Shown here one piece after another: positions 38,450 through 50,971 of a stretch of 64,000 nucleotides of DNA (position 1 is the stretch's first letter; each line of letters opens with the position of its first letter). The notes beneath the pieces were generated by a model. That model was not told where the DNA came from. It ran no database searches and saw nothing but the letters and a program-made list of their open reading frames with translations. The DNA comes from Eledone cirrhosa (Eukaryota). The stretch covers positions 248,248,001 through 248,312,000 of the forward strand of contig OZ024743.1 in NCBI GenBank assembly GCA_964016885.1, read 5' to 3'. A program made the translations under genes and the position numbers.

Positions 38450-41139
38450 ATTTCTTTATTAGCCACAAGGGCGCAACAAGAAAGGGGACAATACAAAGAC
38501 ATGCCGGGGATTTTACATACAGTCGTGTAAAAAATATAAAAACAAACAATTTCAACAATCGAAATCCCCAATAGGGGGGAGGCGCCACAAATGGGTTGTT
38601 TAATACCCCGTCGATAGAACAACCCTCAACTCAAGGAGCGTGTTGTGCAAGTGCTCCTTTCTTCCTTTTGCTCTCTTCCTCAACCTACAGGCTTATAAAC
38701 AGAGAAGGCCCAATCACTCGGGCCATTTTCGCTTCATTCACCCACCTTTCAGTAAATTTACTGGGGTGCAGTGCCTCTCTCTCCACCCTGATTCTCCTTC
38801 TAAAGTGATACTTAAAGAATGGAATCAATTGTTGTCCGGAGAGAAAGGCATCTGTCCTCAGTCCTCTCAACCTCGTCCACCATATAACTTCTTTCACCAT
38901 AGCCACCGTACAGAGGAAAACCGCCTCTCTTTCGTTTTTGAAAGAGTCTGGCGGTTTGATACTTACTATGGATTCGGCAGTCAACTGTATTTGTCCCATA
39001 CGCGACAGCAGTTGTTCTGCATAGTTCCACAGGTCGCTTACGCCCGGGCAGTGTACAATTGCGTGCAGAACTGTTTCAATGTCCTGCGCACATCTTGGAC
39101 ACGTCCTCTTGGAAGGATCCCTGCCAGGGCGTCCGTGCCTGTAGATCTTGTCACGAACCGGTAGAGCTCCTCGGTAGCACTGCCAGGCCAGGGACCTCTG
39201 GAAGTTGTCCATAGGTCCCGGGCGGAAAGTCCTACCAAACATACTGGTGAGCTCATCGTCTTCGACGCCCAGAGTCTCTCCGAGCACGTCGTCGCCCTTG
39301 TAACGTACAATCCCTCTATAGAATGTCGAAGTGGAGTATCCACTGATTGCTGCGCCCGCTTGCCAGAGGACTGTGAGCGCCTGAGCGCATTCAATGTGCC
39401 AGGCGCCCATCGTTTTCGGTCTTTTCTTCACCCAGGACTGCAGCTCCGTTAGCGAGACGAGCTGTGGGAAAGCCTGTCTCACAAACGGTGCCCACACCGG
39501 TTGGGGGTCGGTGAGGAATACCTGGAGATGCCGCAGCCTCAGCGCATGTTTGCGCATAATCAGCCACGGCATTCCCAGCCCTCCGTTGGAAGGGTGCTGA
39601 CAGCAGACGGATCTCCTCACCAGCGGAGCCTGCTTCTTCCACAGAAACTGGAAGAGCATGCGTTCCATCTTGGCGAGGTGTTCACGGGGACAATGCACGA
39701 CAGTCAAGCGGTAGTAGATGACGGACGCTATGAAAGTGTTCGCCACCTCCGCTCGACCTTTCAAGGACAGTTTGCACTCTGCCCACTTCTGAGTGAGTGC
39801 AAACACCTTGGCCGTGACCTCGTTCCAGTTTTTCTCCACCTGGAGGTCTGGACCGAACCAGACCCCGAGCAATTTCACCGGTCCGTCCGTCCAGCGTCCG
39901 ACGACGCTGTCGGATGTCATCGGTTTGCCTCTCCACGTACCGAGTTGCAAACCGACAGACTTGTCTGGGTTTAGTTTTGCTCCCGTCAGCGTTTCGTATT
40001 CTTTCAGTATGTTGCCGATCACCCCGATTTCCGAGGTGCTCGACACCATTACTGTCACGTCGTCGGCATAAGCCGACGCCGCTTTGCGCAGTCCCGGTTC
40101 TAGGGGGATGCCCTGCAACAGCTCCAATTTCCGCAGTAGTGGCTCTAGAGTCAATACATACAGAATGGAGGAGAGAGGGCATCCCTGTCGAATGGAACGC
40201 GTGATTGCGAACGGCTCCGATAGGTAGCCGTTCACCTTGACCCTCGAGCAGATGCTGGTGTGCATCGCCTCGATCCATCCTCTGAACACGGGACCGAAAC
40301 CGGCCGCCTTGAGAACCGCTTCCAAGTATCGATGGTCGACCCTATCGAATGCCTTAGACTGATCCAAGTTGATCAGAGCCCCACCGAAGCCGGGTTTACT
40401 ACCAACCCCTCTATGATGTATCGCATGAGGTGGAGGTTGTCGTGTATGGACCTGGTCGGGATTGCACACGTTTGCGCTTTCCCTACCAGGTTCTCGACGA
40501 CAAGCGCCAACCTCGTCGCTAGCACCTTGGCCAAAATCTTTAACTCTGTGTTGAGCAGAGTTATGGGCCTGAAGTTGTTAATTTCGTCCCCCTTGTTCTC
40601 GTCTTTCCTGATCAGCGTTACTACGCCCTTGCCTGCAGAACTGGGAATTCTCCCGTTCTGCTGCCAATTGCAGTAGACGGCTTCGAGGACGCCAGAGAAC
40701 AAGTCCGGCATGCCTATGTAAAATTCGTAGGGTAGACCATCTAGACCGGGTGACTTGCGTTTCCCGCAGCGGCCCAGAGCGTCCCGTATCTCAGTGTCCG
40801 TGATCGGTCTTTCGCAGAACTCGGCGTCCGTGTTCGAGAGACGCGGCAGGCCGTCGAGGTATGAACTAAAGTCCATTGCCCCGTTCGGCTCACCGTCGTT
40901 CTGCTCAAACAGTCGCGCAAAGTGCCGCTGAAAGGCCGCGCACATTTGCTTGGGGTCAAGTAGCACGCGTCCGTTTTGGTCTTTCAAAGACCGAATCGTG
41001 GACTTGTTGCCACTTTTTGCCTCCGCCACTCGGGCCCAGCTGACAGCTTTCGCTCCTTCGTTTCCTAGAGCACGTGTTTTGCTTCTGACCACGCAGCCTT
41101 CGTGTTTCGCATCGAAGAACTGGTCCAGTGCCGTTCTCG
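38450..41139 (-). mobile_element. 5'-truncated young Tx1-like LINE (RT + C-terminus), one frameshift near 40410
   Basis: ORFs 40373-41143 and 38685-40469 closely match ORF2 2808-6239; flanked by ACACAAATATATATTG direct repeats. Confidence 0.92.
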
Positions 41140-41155
41140 ACACAAATATATATTG

Positions 41156-41357
41156 ATTTCTTTATTAACCACAAGGGCGCAACAAGAAAGGGGACAATAC
41201 AAAGACATGCCGGGGATTTTACATACAGTCGTGTAAAAAATATAAAAACAAACAATTTCAACAATCGAAATCCCCAATAGGGGGGAGGCGCCACAAATGG
41301 GTTGTTTAATACCCCGTCGATAGAACAACCCTCAACTCAAGGAGCGTGTTGTGCAAG
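41156..41357 (-). mobile_element. Second, ~200-bp 3'UTR-only copy of the same Tx1-like element
   Basis: Differs from 38450-38651 at about one base; followed by AAATATATATTG. Confidence 0.85.
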
Positions 41358-42114
41358 AAATATATATTGTTTGCCTAATAGTATCAACATTAGAACATGG
41401 AATAATGGTGAAATGTTGATATATATGCAAATATGTGCAAGATTCTTCATTATCACTATATCTGTATATGTTTTTGTGTATATTTGCATGCATCCTTCTT
41501 TTCTCTCCCCCCTCTCTTTCTTCTCCCCCCTATCTTTCTTCTCCCCCTCTGTCTTCTCCTCCTCTGTCTTCTCGCCTCCCTCTCTCTCTCTATATATATG
41601 TGTATATGAAATTATGCGCTCATACGCACATACATTTATGTGTGTGTGCGTATAAAAGTATGCACACACACACATACATACATACATACATACAAACACA
41701 TACACGTATACATATACTGTTGATTGTCTGTATGCATTCATAACATGTGATATTAATTCATTCAATCCCCCTTACAATCACACACACATACACACATACA
41801 TACGCACACACGTTCGCACACACACGTGCGCGCATATATATATACATATCTATCTATATCTATACATATATATATATGTATGTATATGAATATATATACA
41901 CACACACACATACACACATACATACGCACACACATTCGCACACACACGTACGCGCATATATATATATATATACATATCTATCTATAACTATACATATATA
42001 TATATGTATGTATATGAATATATATATATACACACACACACATATATATATATACACACATATATATACATATATATATATATGTGTGTGTGTATGTATA
42101 TATGTATATGTGTG

Positions 42115-42226
<112 letters not shown>

Positions 42227-42330
42227 CATAGTAATAATAATAAAATTGAAGACTAAAATCCAAAGAGGGCTCGATAAGGAAAATATATATCAAATATATA
42301 AGAACCGTAGAGCAAATATTTATTAAAATA

Positions 42331-42406
42331 ACAGATTAAAGTTTAAGCAAAGAATCGCTGCTTTCACCCTTAACGGGATCTTCTGAAACTAACAAAGTCA
42401 ATCTGT
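42331..42406 (-). ncRNA. Variant hammerhead-like fold in the PLE 3' repeat (mirror copy 45622-45697 +)
   Basis: AGTTT-CAGAAGA-T CCC gttaa GGG T-GAAA GCA..TGC TT-AAACT, extended by ACAGATTGA/TTAATCTGT; core has U4A. Confidence 0.5.
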
Positions 42407-43318
42407 AAACGCAGAACTGGATATTTCAAAAAACGTTGCAACCGGAGGAAGACAGGAAGACGATACTTTGGTTCGTGGTAACGTTCGCTGGCAAAGAACG
42501 GGAAAAAACGAATAATACGTCATTAATAGGAGCGGTGAAAAACAATTACGCGCAAAGACAAAACCACGTTTATGGTATAAAAGAGGTCGTAGACTAATGT
42601 TCTCTTAGGTGGTGCATAGAGACGTTCTCTGGCAATGAACGAAAAGACGAAGATAATAAGTCACATGTGGAGCGTGGAGAACAATAACACGCAAAGACAA
42701 AACCACGTAAATGGTATAGCAGAAATCGAAGACTAAAATTCTAACTAGGAGACCAAATGAATCTCCGCTACAGAGTTAAGAACAAAGTAAATAAATACAA
42801 TACAGAAGTAATAGAAACAAATAAATACATACACGCAAACAGATACGTACATACACAAGCATACGCAAAACCTTACCATGGGTATACAAAACCACGCACA
42901 TATAAATATGTGTGTGTGTGTATGCTTGTGTACAAAAAAATAAATAATTATATAAACGTATATAAGTAAATAAATACGTATATAACAAGCGCACACGCAT
43001 ACCTACATGTAAATACACGAATGTTCGGAGACGTAAGTCAACTAAAACAAGAAGTACACATATACACACACCCACCATACGTACGAACCTGCACACTCAC
43101 GCGAACGCAAAACTCCCGTATACACATAGCCAAACCCTAAATACCAGAATATGTAAAAATTATACGCTATAACAGTCAAATATACGTACGAGAAGGTATA
43201 CATACCTTCACAAAACATACGGGTAATATATACTTACCTATGCAAATAAGTAAAGGAATAAACAAAACATATACTTAGCTCCCACATCAAGACGTAAAAT
43301 ATCCACGTATAGATCGTG

Positions 43319-45439
43319 CTATCCGTTAGGGTATAACGTGGGGCTGTAATACAGGAAAGTTTTGTGCAATTTATGTTTACAAGCCGAAATTGCCTCAGAT
43401 TTTTTGTTTAAGATGTGGTCTGTGGCGTAGAGTATTTCCAGGGCCTCAGCGGCGCAGAAGTCACATGGTCTTTTATTTCCGTTATACGATCTAGCCCTAG
43501 CTAGGATCTCCCAGTGTAACTTATATTGGGTGTGGTTGTCTTTTAGACTCCAGATATAAGCTGAAAGTGACGTCATATTCCTTCTTAGAGGGTAACGAAA
43601 AGAATGGGTATGCATGTAAAGACGCTGCTTGAAACTATTGGCGGTTAACCCTATGTAGGCCCTACGGGACGTGGGTGTTACAACCTTACATTTGTAGACA
43701 ATGTTACTAGAGAGGCATTTCCCGGATAGGGGGCAATCAGCCCGATTCCTACAATTACAGTTAGTACTAACTACAGGGTTGCACGTGTTCCTACGGCTAG
43801 GTAGTTTAGCTAAATTTGAAGCTGTGATGTTATGTGCAAGGTTAGGAGTCGTAGAGTAAGAAATTTTAATAGTATTTCTATTAAAAAATGTTACTATACT
43901 TATGTGTAGGGGGAAAATGCTTCGTAATAAGGGAAAGAAAGATCTTAGCTAATGGTGTGGCCACCTCCATATTATATGGTGGGTTAAACCAACAAATGCG
44001 ACGGGATCTATATCTTCTAGGTCTATTTTCGTACTCTGTATATGCTACCTTATCGACAAATCCACTTCGAGCAAGAGCTTCATTGTAATAAGTGGAATGG
44101 TCGTTGAAAATGCGCTCGTTGGTGGAAAGACGGGAAAGCCTCAACGAAACGTTTCTTACCAGGTTCTTGGTTATGCTGGCAGGGTGGTTGGAATGCTTAC
44201 TTATGTAATTAAGCGTATCATTCGGCTTTCTATACGGGTAATACAACCCATTCAATAAATTGAGGGTAACGTCGAGGTAATTAACGACTGAGAGGTTGGC
44301 CTCAACCTGTATAGAGAGGTTGAAGCCTTTAAAGAAGGCTGTGAGTTCTTTTCTGAACCTGTCGCAAGCACGAGGTCCGCACTTAGTCATGGTCAAAAGA
44401 CCATCGTCACGGTACAAACCACCGCCCGCGTTGGGGAATTCGTCCTTGATAGAGAAAAGAAGGAAAAGGCCAATAAGATCAGTAACCTCCGCAGAGTCAC
44501 TGGCGCCCATACTCACGTCGAATGGGGTACTATTGGATTTTTTAATCCAAATAGAGTCGTCGAAATTAATCACCGACTTTCGGGCATTAAGGATGACATC
44601 AACTTCAAAATCCTTAACCACTGTGAGTGTTTTAGCGAAATTGATAGCTCTAAGGAGAAGTGGTAAAGTGATGGCTGAGTAGTAATTGTTGATGTCGAAT
44701 TGGATAAAACGGCAATGTTCCTTGTTACATATGCCGTTGAACCAATCAATCACCGCGAAAGAATTGTTCCACAGTGCGAGAGGCGCCAAACTTATAATTT
44801 CAGGTATAATTCTATCAAGAATCGTTTTACTAAGTCTACCTAAATGGGACTTCGTAGGGTTAATAAGCCGAATAGAGGGGTTGTTCGGGAAATTGGATTT
44901 GTGATCCTTCAGGGTAAAGTGGGGAGAGATAGGGTCCAGAGGTTCGGTCCGGTCCAGGATGTTGAGATCAGATGTAATTTTAAACCCAGCATCGTTGATT
45001 TCATTGATGACGCACCGATTAGTTTTACGGTAATCCTTAGTTACAGCATTATGTAGTAGTTGATGGTAAGTACTGCGCTCCACTTGATATAGGTTGCCAG
45101 TTTTGTCGGAATGGACGTGCACGGCGTTAGAATCCTTAATAGAACGAATTCTATTCTTCAGGTCTTGCTGGAAGGAATTGCTCCTATTCCGAAATTTGAT
45201 ACTCCGAATGAGTTCCAAGACATCATTTTCGAAGGGTAGCAATGCTGGGTTCCGCGGAGGGTTATTATAAGTTTTAAATCCAAATTTATCCTGTTTGTTG
45301 TCTGCTTTTCGAAATAAAAGGCACGCCAACGCAACCTTTTAATGAACGCGTCTGTTTTCTGTATCAGGAGTTTTAGGTATGTTTTCCTGCTTGGTACGGG
45401 TATGTTCTTTGTAGAAATATTCAGATGTTGTTGCTGCAT
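43319..45439 (-). CDS. PLE reverse transcriptase-GIY-YIG endonuclease; two single-base frameshifts (~45300 and the T-run at ~43885)
   Basis: STKNIPVP..RLRWRAF, HSDKT, QFDINNYY, MGASDS, LYRDDGL, YLDV; then CNC..CPLSGKC..IVYKC..AYIGLT..FKQR..H, CDFCAAE, CKH. Confidence 0.88.
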
Positions 45440-45722
45440 GATGAATATAAGTCAGTAGAGTGCTCAACCGAAGGAGCCAAGTAGTAAAATATATATATAT
45501 ATTAATGACGTATTATTCGTTTTTTCCCGTTCTTTGCCAGCGAACGTTACCACGAACCAAAGTATCGTCTTCCTGTCTTCCTCCGGTTGCAACGTTTTTT
45601 GAAATATCCAGTTCTGCGTTTACAGATTGACTTTGTTAGTTTCAGAAGATCCCGTTAAGGGTGAAAGCAGCGATTCTTTGCTTAAACTTTAATCTGTTAT
45701 TTTAATAAATATATATATATAC

Positions 45723-45819
<97 letters not shown>

Positions 45820-45843
45820 CATATATATATAAATATACATATA

Positions 45844-45886
<43 letters not shown>

Positions 45887-45923
45887 ATATATATATATAC
45901 ATATATATATGTATATATATATG

Positions 45924-46032
<109 letters not shown>

Positions 46033-46135
46033 GTATATATATATATGTATATATATATATATGTATATATATATGTATATATATATATATGCATATATAT
46101 ATATATATGCATATATATATATATATATATGCATA

Positions 46136-46207
<72 letters not shown>

Positions 46208-46214
46208 TATATGT

Positions 46215-46915
46215 ATAAAGAAAAAGGGATGAAATAGAAAATGCAACTGGAGTCTTATTTAAAATATATATATATATATATATATTTGGTTCCTTTACCG
46301 GTTTCGCAGTTCTTCTGCTTTTCAAAAGGTGAGTTGAGATGGAGGGTCTGTGGTTTTTCTCACATCTCGTTGGTCTCTGAATTTTACTTGTTTTATATGG
46401 AAAAAGTGGCTCGAAATGCCAGGTTTTTCGAGAAGTAATTTGATTGGTTTGTCAATAATTATAATAAATTTCGCGCCAGTTCGCGTTACAAAGATAAACC
46501 CTACCAACATAATCAAAATCGCCAAATCGCTATTCTGGTATGGCTGTTTCCTCGGTATAATAAAATCTGAATTCTGACACCCCAGCGAACTAACCATATT
46601 CACTGAACCAGAACAATTCTCCCATTCCTTTCTCTTGACCATTATCTTTCACTTATCAAAAAATTCTCTAAAAAGGCAACAGAATGGATTTCAGAGACCA
46701 ACGAGATGTGAGAAAAACCACAGACCCCCCATCTCAACTCACCTTTTGAAAAGCAGAAGAACTGCGAAACCGGTAAAGGAACCAAATAAATATATATATT
46801 TAAAAAAAAATAAGACTCCAGTTGCATTTTCGATTTCATCTCTTTTTCTTTATACTTTCACTCGTGTAGGACACCTCGGTTATTTTTCATTTTGTAAAAA
46901 AACCCTCACTTTCTA
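46215..46915. mobile_element. Non-coding PLE-type element with ~165-bp inverted repeat carrying minimal hammerheads
   Basis: 46217-46382 is the reverse complement of ~46688-46853; another copy of the right arm at 59486-59705. Confidence 0.7.
46742..46779 (+). ncRNA. Minimal type I hammerhead, U3-A8 core variant (also 46292-46329 -, 59524-59561 +)
   Basis: CCTT-TTGAAAA-GCAG aagaa CTGC-GAAA-CCGG-TA-AAGG: stems I and II perfect, palindromic stem III. Confidence 0.65.
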
Positions 46916-46924
46916 ATATATATG

Positions 46925-46977
<53 letters not shown>

Positions 46978-46982
46978 GTATG

Positions 46983-47053
<71 letters not shown>

Positions 47054-47054
47054 G

Positions 47055-47133
<79 letters not shown>

Positions 47134-47138
47134 GTATG

Positions 47139-47174
<36 letters not shown>

Positions 47175-47198
47175 TGTAGATATATATATATATGTATG

Positions 47199-47238
<40 letters not shown>

Positions 47239-47318
47239 TGTAGATATATATATATATGTATATATATGTATATATATACATATATATATATATACATATA
47301 TATATGTATATATATATG

Positions 47319-47402
<84 letters not shown>

Positions 47403-47500
47403 CATATATATAAATGATATATATATGTATATATGTATAAATATATATATATGTATAAATATATATATATATATATGTATATATATGTATATATATATAC

Positions 47501-47534
<34 letters not shown>

Positions 47535-47572
47535 GTATGTATGTATGTATGTATATATGTATATATATATAC

Positions 47573-47603
<31 letters not shown>

Positions 47604-47652
47604 AAAAACATATATATATATATATATATACATATATATAAATGTATATATA

Positions 47653-47693
<41 letters not shown>

Positions 47694-47695
47694 AC

Positions 47696-47756
<61 letters not shown>

Positions 47757-47794
47757 CATATATATATATATATACATACATATATACATATATA

Positions 47795-47848
<54 letters not shown>

Positions 47849-47955
47849 CATATATATATATACATATATATACATATATATATACATATATACATATATA
47901 TATACATATATATATATACATATATACATATATATATACATATATACATATATAC

Positions 47956-47988
<33 letters not shown>

Positions 47989-47989
47989 C

Positions 47990-48056
<67 letters not shown>

Positions 48057-48109
48057 TATACATACATATATATATATATATATACATACAGATATATATA
48101 TATATATAT

Positions 48110-48156
<47 letters not shown>

Positions 48157-48263
48157 TATATAAATACATAGATATGTATATATACATACATGTATATATA
48201 CATACATATATACATTCATATATATATACATACATATATATATACATACATATATATATATAC

Positions 48264-48372
<109 letters not shown>

Positions 48373-48381
48373 CATATATAT

Positions 48382-48436
<55 letters not shown>

Positions 48437-48447
48437 CATATATATAT

Positions 48448-49053
48448 GGTGGCTGCCAACTCGTTTTCGAGTAGGGCCACTACTTTATATCCATTTAGGA
48501 GAACCCCTACCGATGCGCTGAACGAGTGTGACTTTTCAGTCCAGCCAGTGACTTGAAAACTCTGGTACAAACACTACACTTGTGACAATTATTGACACAT
48601 AGTGCTGGGCCCATGGTACCATGTGACGACAAGTGCAGAGAGATCTCCAGATATAAAGCAATGCCTGTGCCGTGAAGCTTTTATAGTGAGCAAAGGCACT
48701 GCACAAAGCCAGTCCCACTCTCTTAACCAAGATGATATTTACCAAAAAGAAGAACAAGTCAACATCATTGGAAACCATCAGGGTTGCAGGTGTTATATCA
48801 GAGTTTTCCTTCTCCTAAAAGTCTGCCTTGACAAAAGCTAAGGGGTCATCTCTCCCGGTGATTTTGGATGGCCATTGACTCTTAAGAGCTCCTTTGCTCT
48901 TTGACAGGTTTTGTTTTTAGTCCTGCAGGATGTCCAAAGTCACCCTCCTCACCAAGAAACCTTGGTGGGGTTGCCAGTTTAGTCGCCAACGACCCGACCA
49001 TGAGACAGTTTGTACTGGGATACATGTTACCAGTAGCACCAACTGGTGACCTG

Positions 49054-49055
<2 letters not shown>
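48448..49055 (-). mobile_element. ~610-bp non-autonomous RTE-derived element, copy A
   Basis: RTE-type 5'UTR (GGCAACCCC..AGGAGAAGGAAAACTCTGA) fused to an RTE-type 3' end ([17 protein letters not shown] zinc finger); in (TA)n. Confidence 0.7.
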
Positions 49056-49126
<71 letters not shown>

Positions 49127-49149
49127 CATATATATATATATATATATAC

Positions 49150-49180
<31 letters not shown>

Positions 49181-49181
49181 C

Positions 49182-49252
<71 letters not shown>

Positions 49253-49271
49253 TATACATATATATATATAT

Positions 49272-49322
<51 letters not shown>

Positions 49323-49337
49323 TATATATATACACAC

Positions 49338-49372
<35 letters not shown>

Positions 49373-49406
49373 CATACACACATATATATATATATATACA
49401 CATATA

Positions 49407-49482
<76 letters not shown>

Positions 49483-49485
49483 GAC

Positions 49486-49619
<134 letters not shown>

Positions 49620-49635
49620 GCACATATATATATAC

Positions 49636-49680
<45 letters not shown>

Positions 49681-49811
49681 CTTATATATATATACATATA
49701 TATATACATATATATATATAGACATATATATATATATACATATTTATATATACATATATACATATATATATATACATATATATATATACATATATATATA
49801 TACATATATAC

Positions 49812-49850
<39 letters not shown>

Positions 49851-49963
49851 CATATATATATATATACATATTTATATATATATATACACATATATATTTA
49901 TATACATATATATATACATACATATATATATATACATATATAAATATATATACATATATATAT

Positions 49964-50567
49964 GGTGGCTGCCAACTCGTTTTCGAGTACGGCCACTACT
50001 TTATATCCATGTAGGAGAACCCTACCGATACGCTGAACGAGTGTGACTTTTTAGTCCAGCCAGCGACTTGAAAACTCTGGTACAAACACTACACTTGTGA
50101 CAGTTATTGACACACAGTGCTGGGCCCATGGTACCATGTGACGACAAGTGCAGAGAGATCTCCAGATATAAAGCAATGCCTGTGCCGTGAAGCTTTTATA
50201 GTGAGCAAAGGCACTGCACAAAGCCAGTCAAACTCTCTTAACGAAGATTATATTTACCAAAAATAACAAGTCAACATCATTGGATACCATCAGAGTTGCA
50301 GGTGTTATATCAGAGTTTTCCTTCTCCTAGAATTCTGCCTTGACAAAGGCTAAGGGGTAATCATTCCCGGTGATTTTGGATGGCCATTGACTCTTAAGAG
50401 TTCCTTTGCCCTTTGACAGGTTTTGTTTTTAGTCCTGCAGGATGTCCAAAGTCACCCTCCTCCCCAAGAAACCTTGGTGGGGTTGCCAGTTTCGTCGCCA
50501 ACGACCCCATCATAAGACAGGTTGTACTGGGATATATGTTACCAGTAGCACCAACTGGTGACCTGAC
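49964..50567 (-). mobile_element. Non-autonomous RTE-derived element, copy B
   Basis: Near-identical to copy A, same termini. Confidence 0.7.
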
Positions 50568-50571
50568 ATAC

Positions 50572-50656
<85 letters not shown>

Positions 50657-50685
50657 CATATATATATATACATATATATAGATAC

Positions 50686-50732
<47 letters not shown>

Positions 50733-50763
50733 CACACATATATATATATACACACACACACAA

Positions 50764-50808
<45 letters not shown>

Positions 50809-50928
50809 TATAGACATAGAATATTCGAAAATATTCTGTATGTTTATAATAAACATTTTGAAGACCTAATCGCTATAGAATAGAATACGTCACGTATTAC
50901 AATTAGATTCTCGATAAAAGCAAGGGAA

Positions 50929-50971
50929 GTAATCTACGCGTTTCATTCTTGTTAGAAATCATCAGGACTAC
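50929..50971 (-). ncRNA. Type I hammerhead ribozyme, first of 9 minus-strand copies spaced 310 bp
   Basis: GUAGUC-CUGAUGA-U UUCU aaca AGAA U-GAAA-CGCG-UA-GAUUAC. Confidence 0.85.

Larger units (their letters stand above)
42230..45710 (-). mobile_element. Near-intact Penelope-like element (Naiad-like) with inverted pseudo-LTR at its 5' end
   Basis: RT + C-terminal GIY-YIG; ~42315-42527 is the reverse complement of ~45501-45710; embedded in (TA)n. Confidence 0.9.

Noticed and set aside
43319-45439. Selenoprotein-type (in-frame UGA) Naiad
   Set aside because: ORF breaks are frameshifts; no in-frame TGA was seen in the reconstructed frame.
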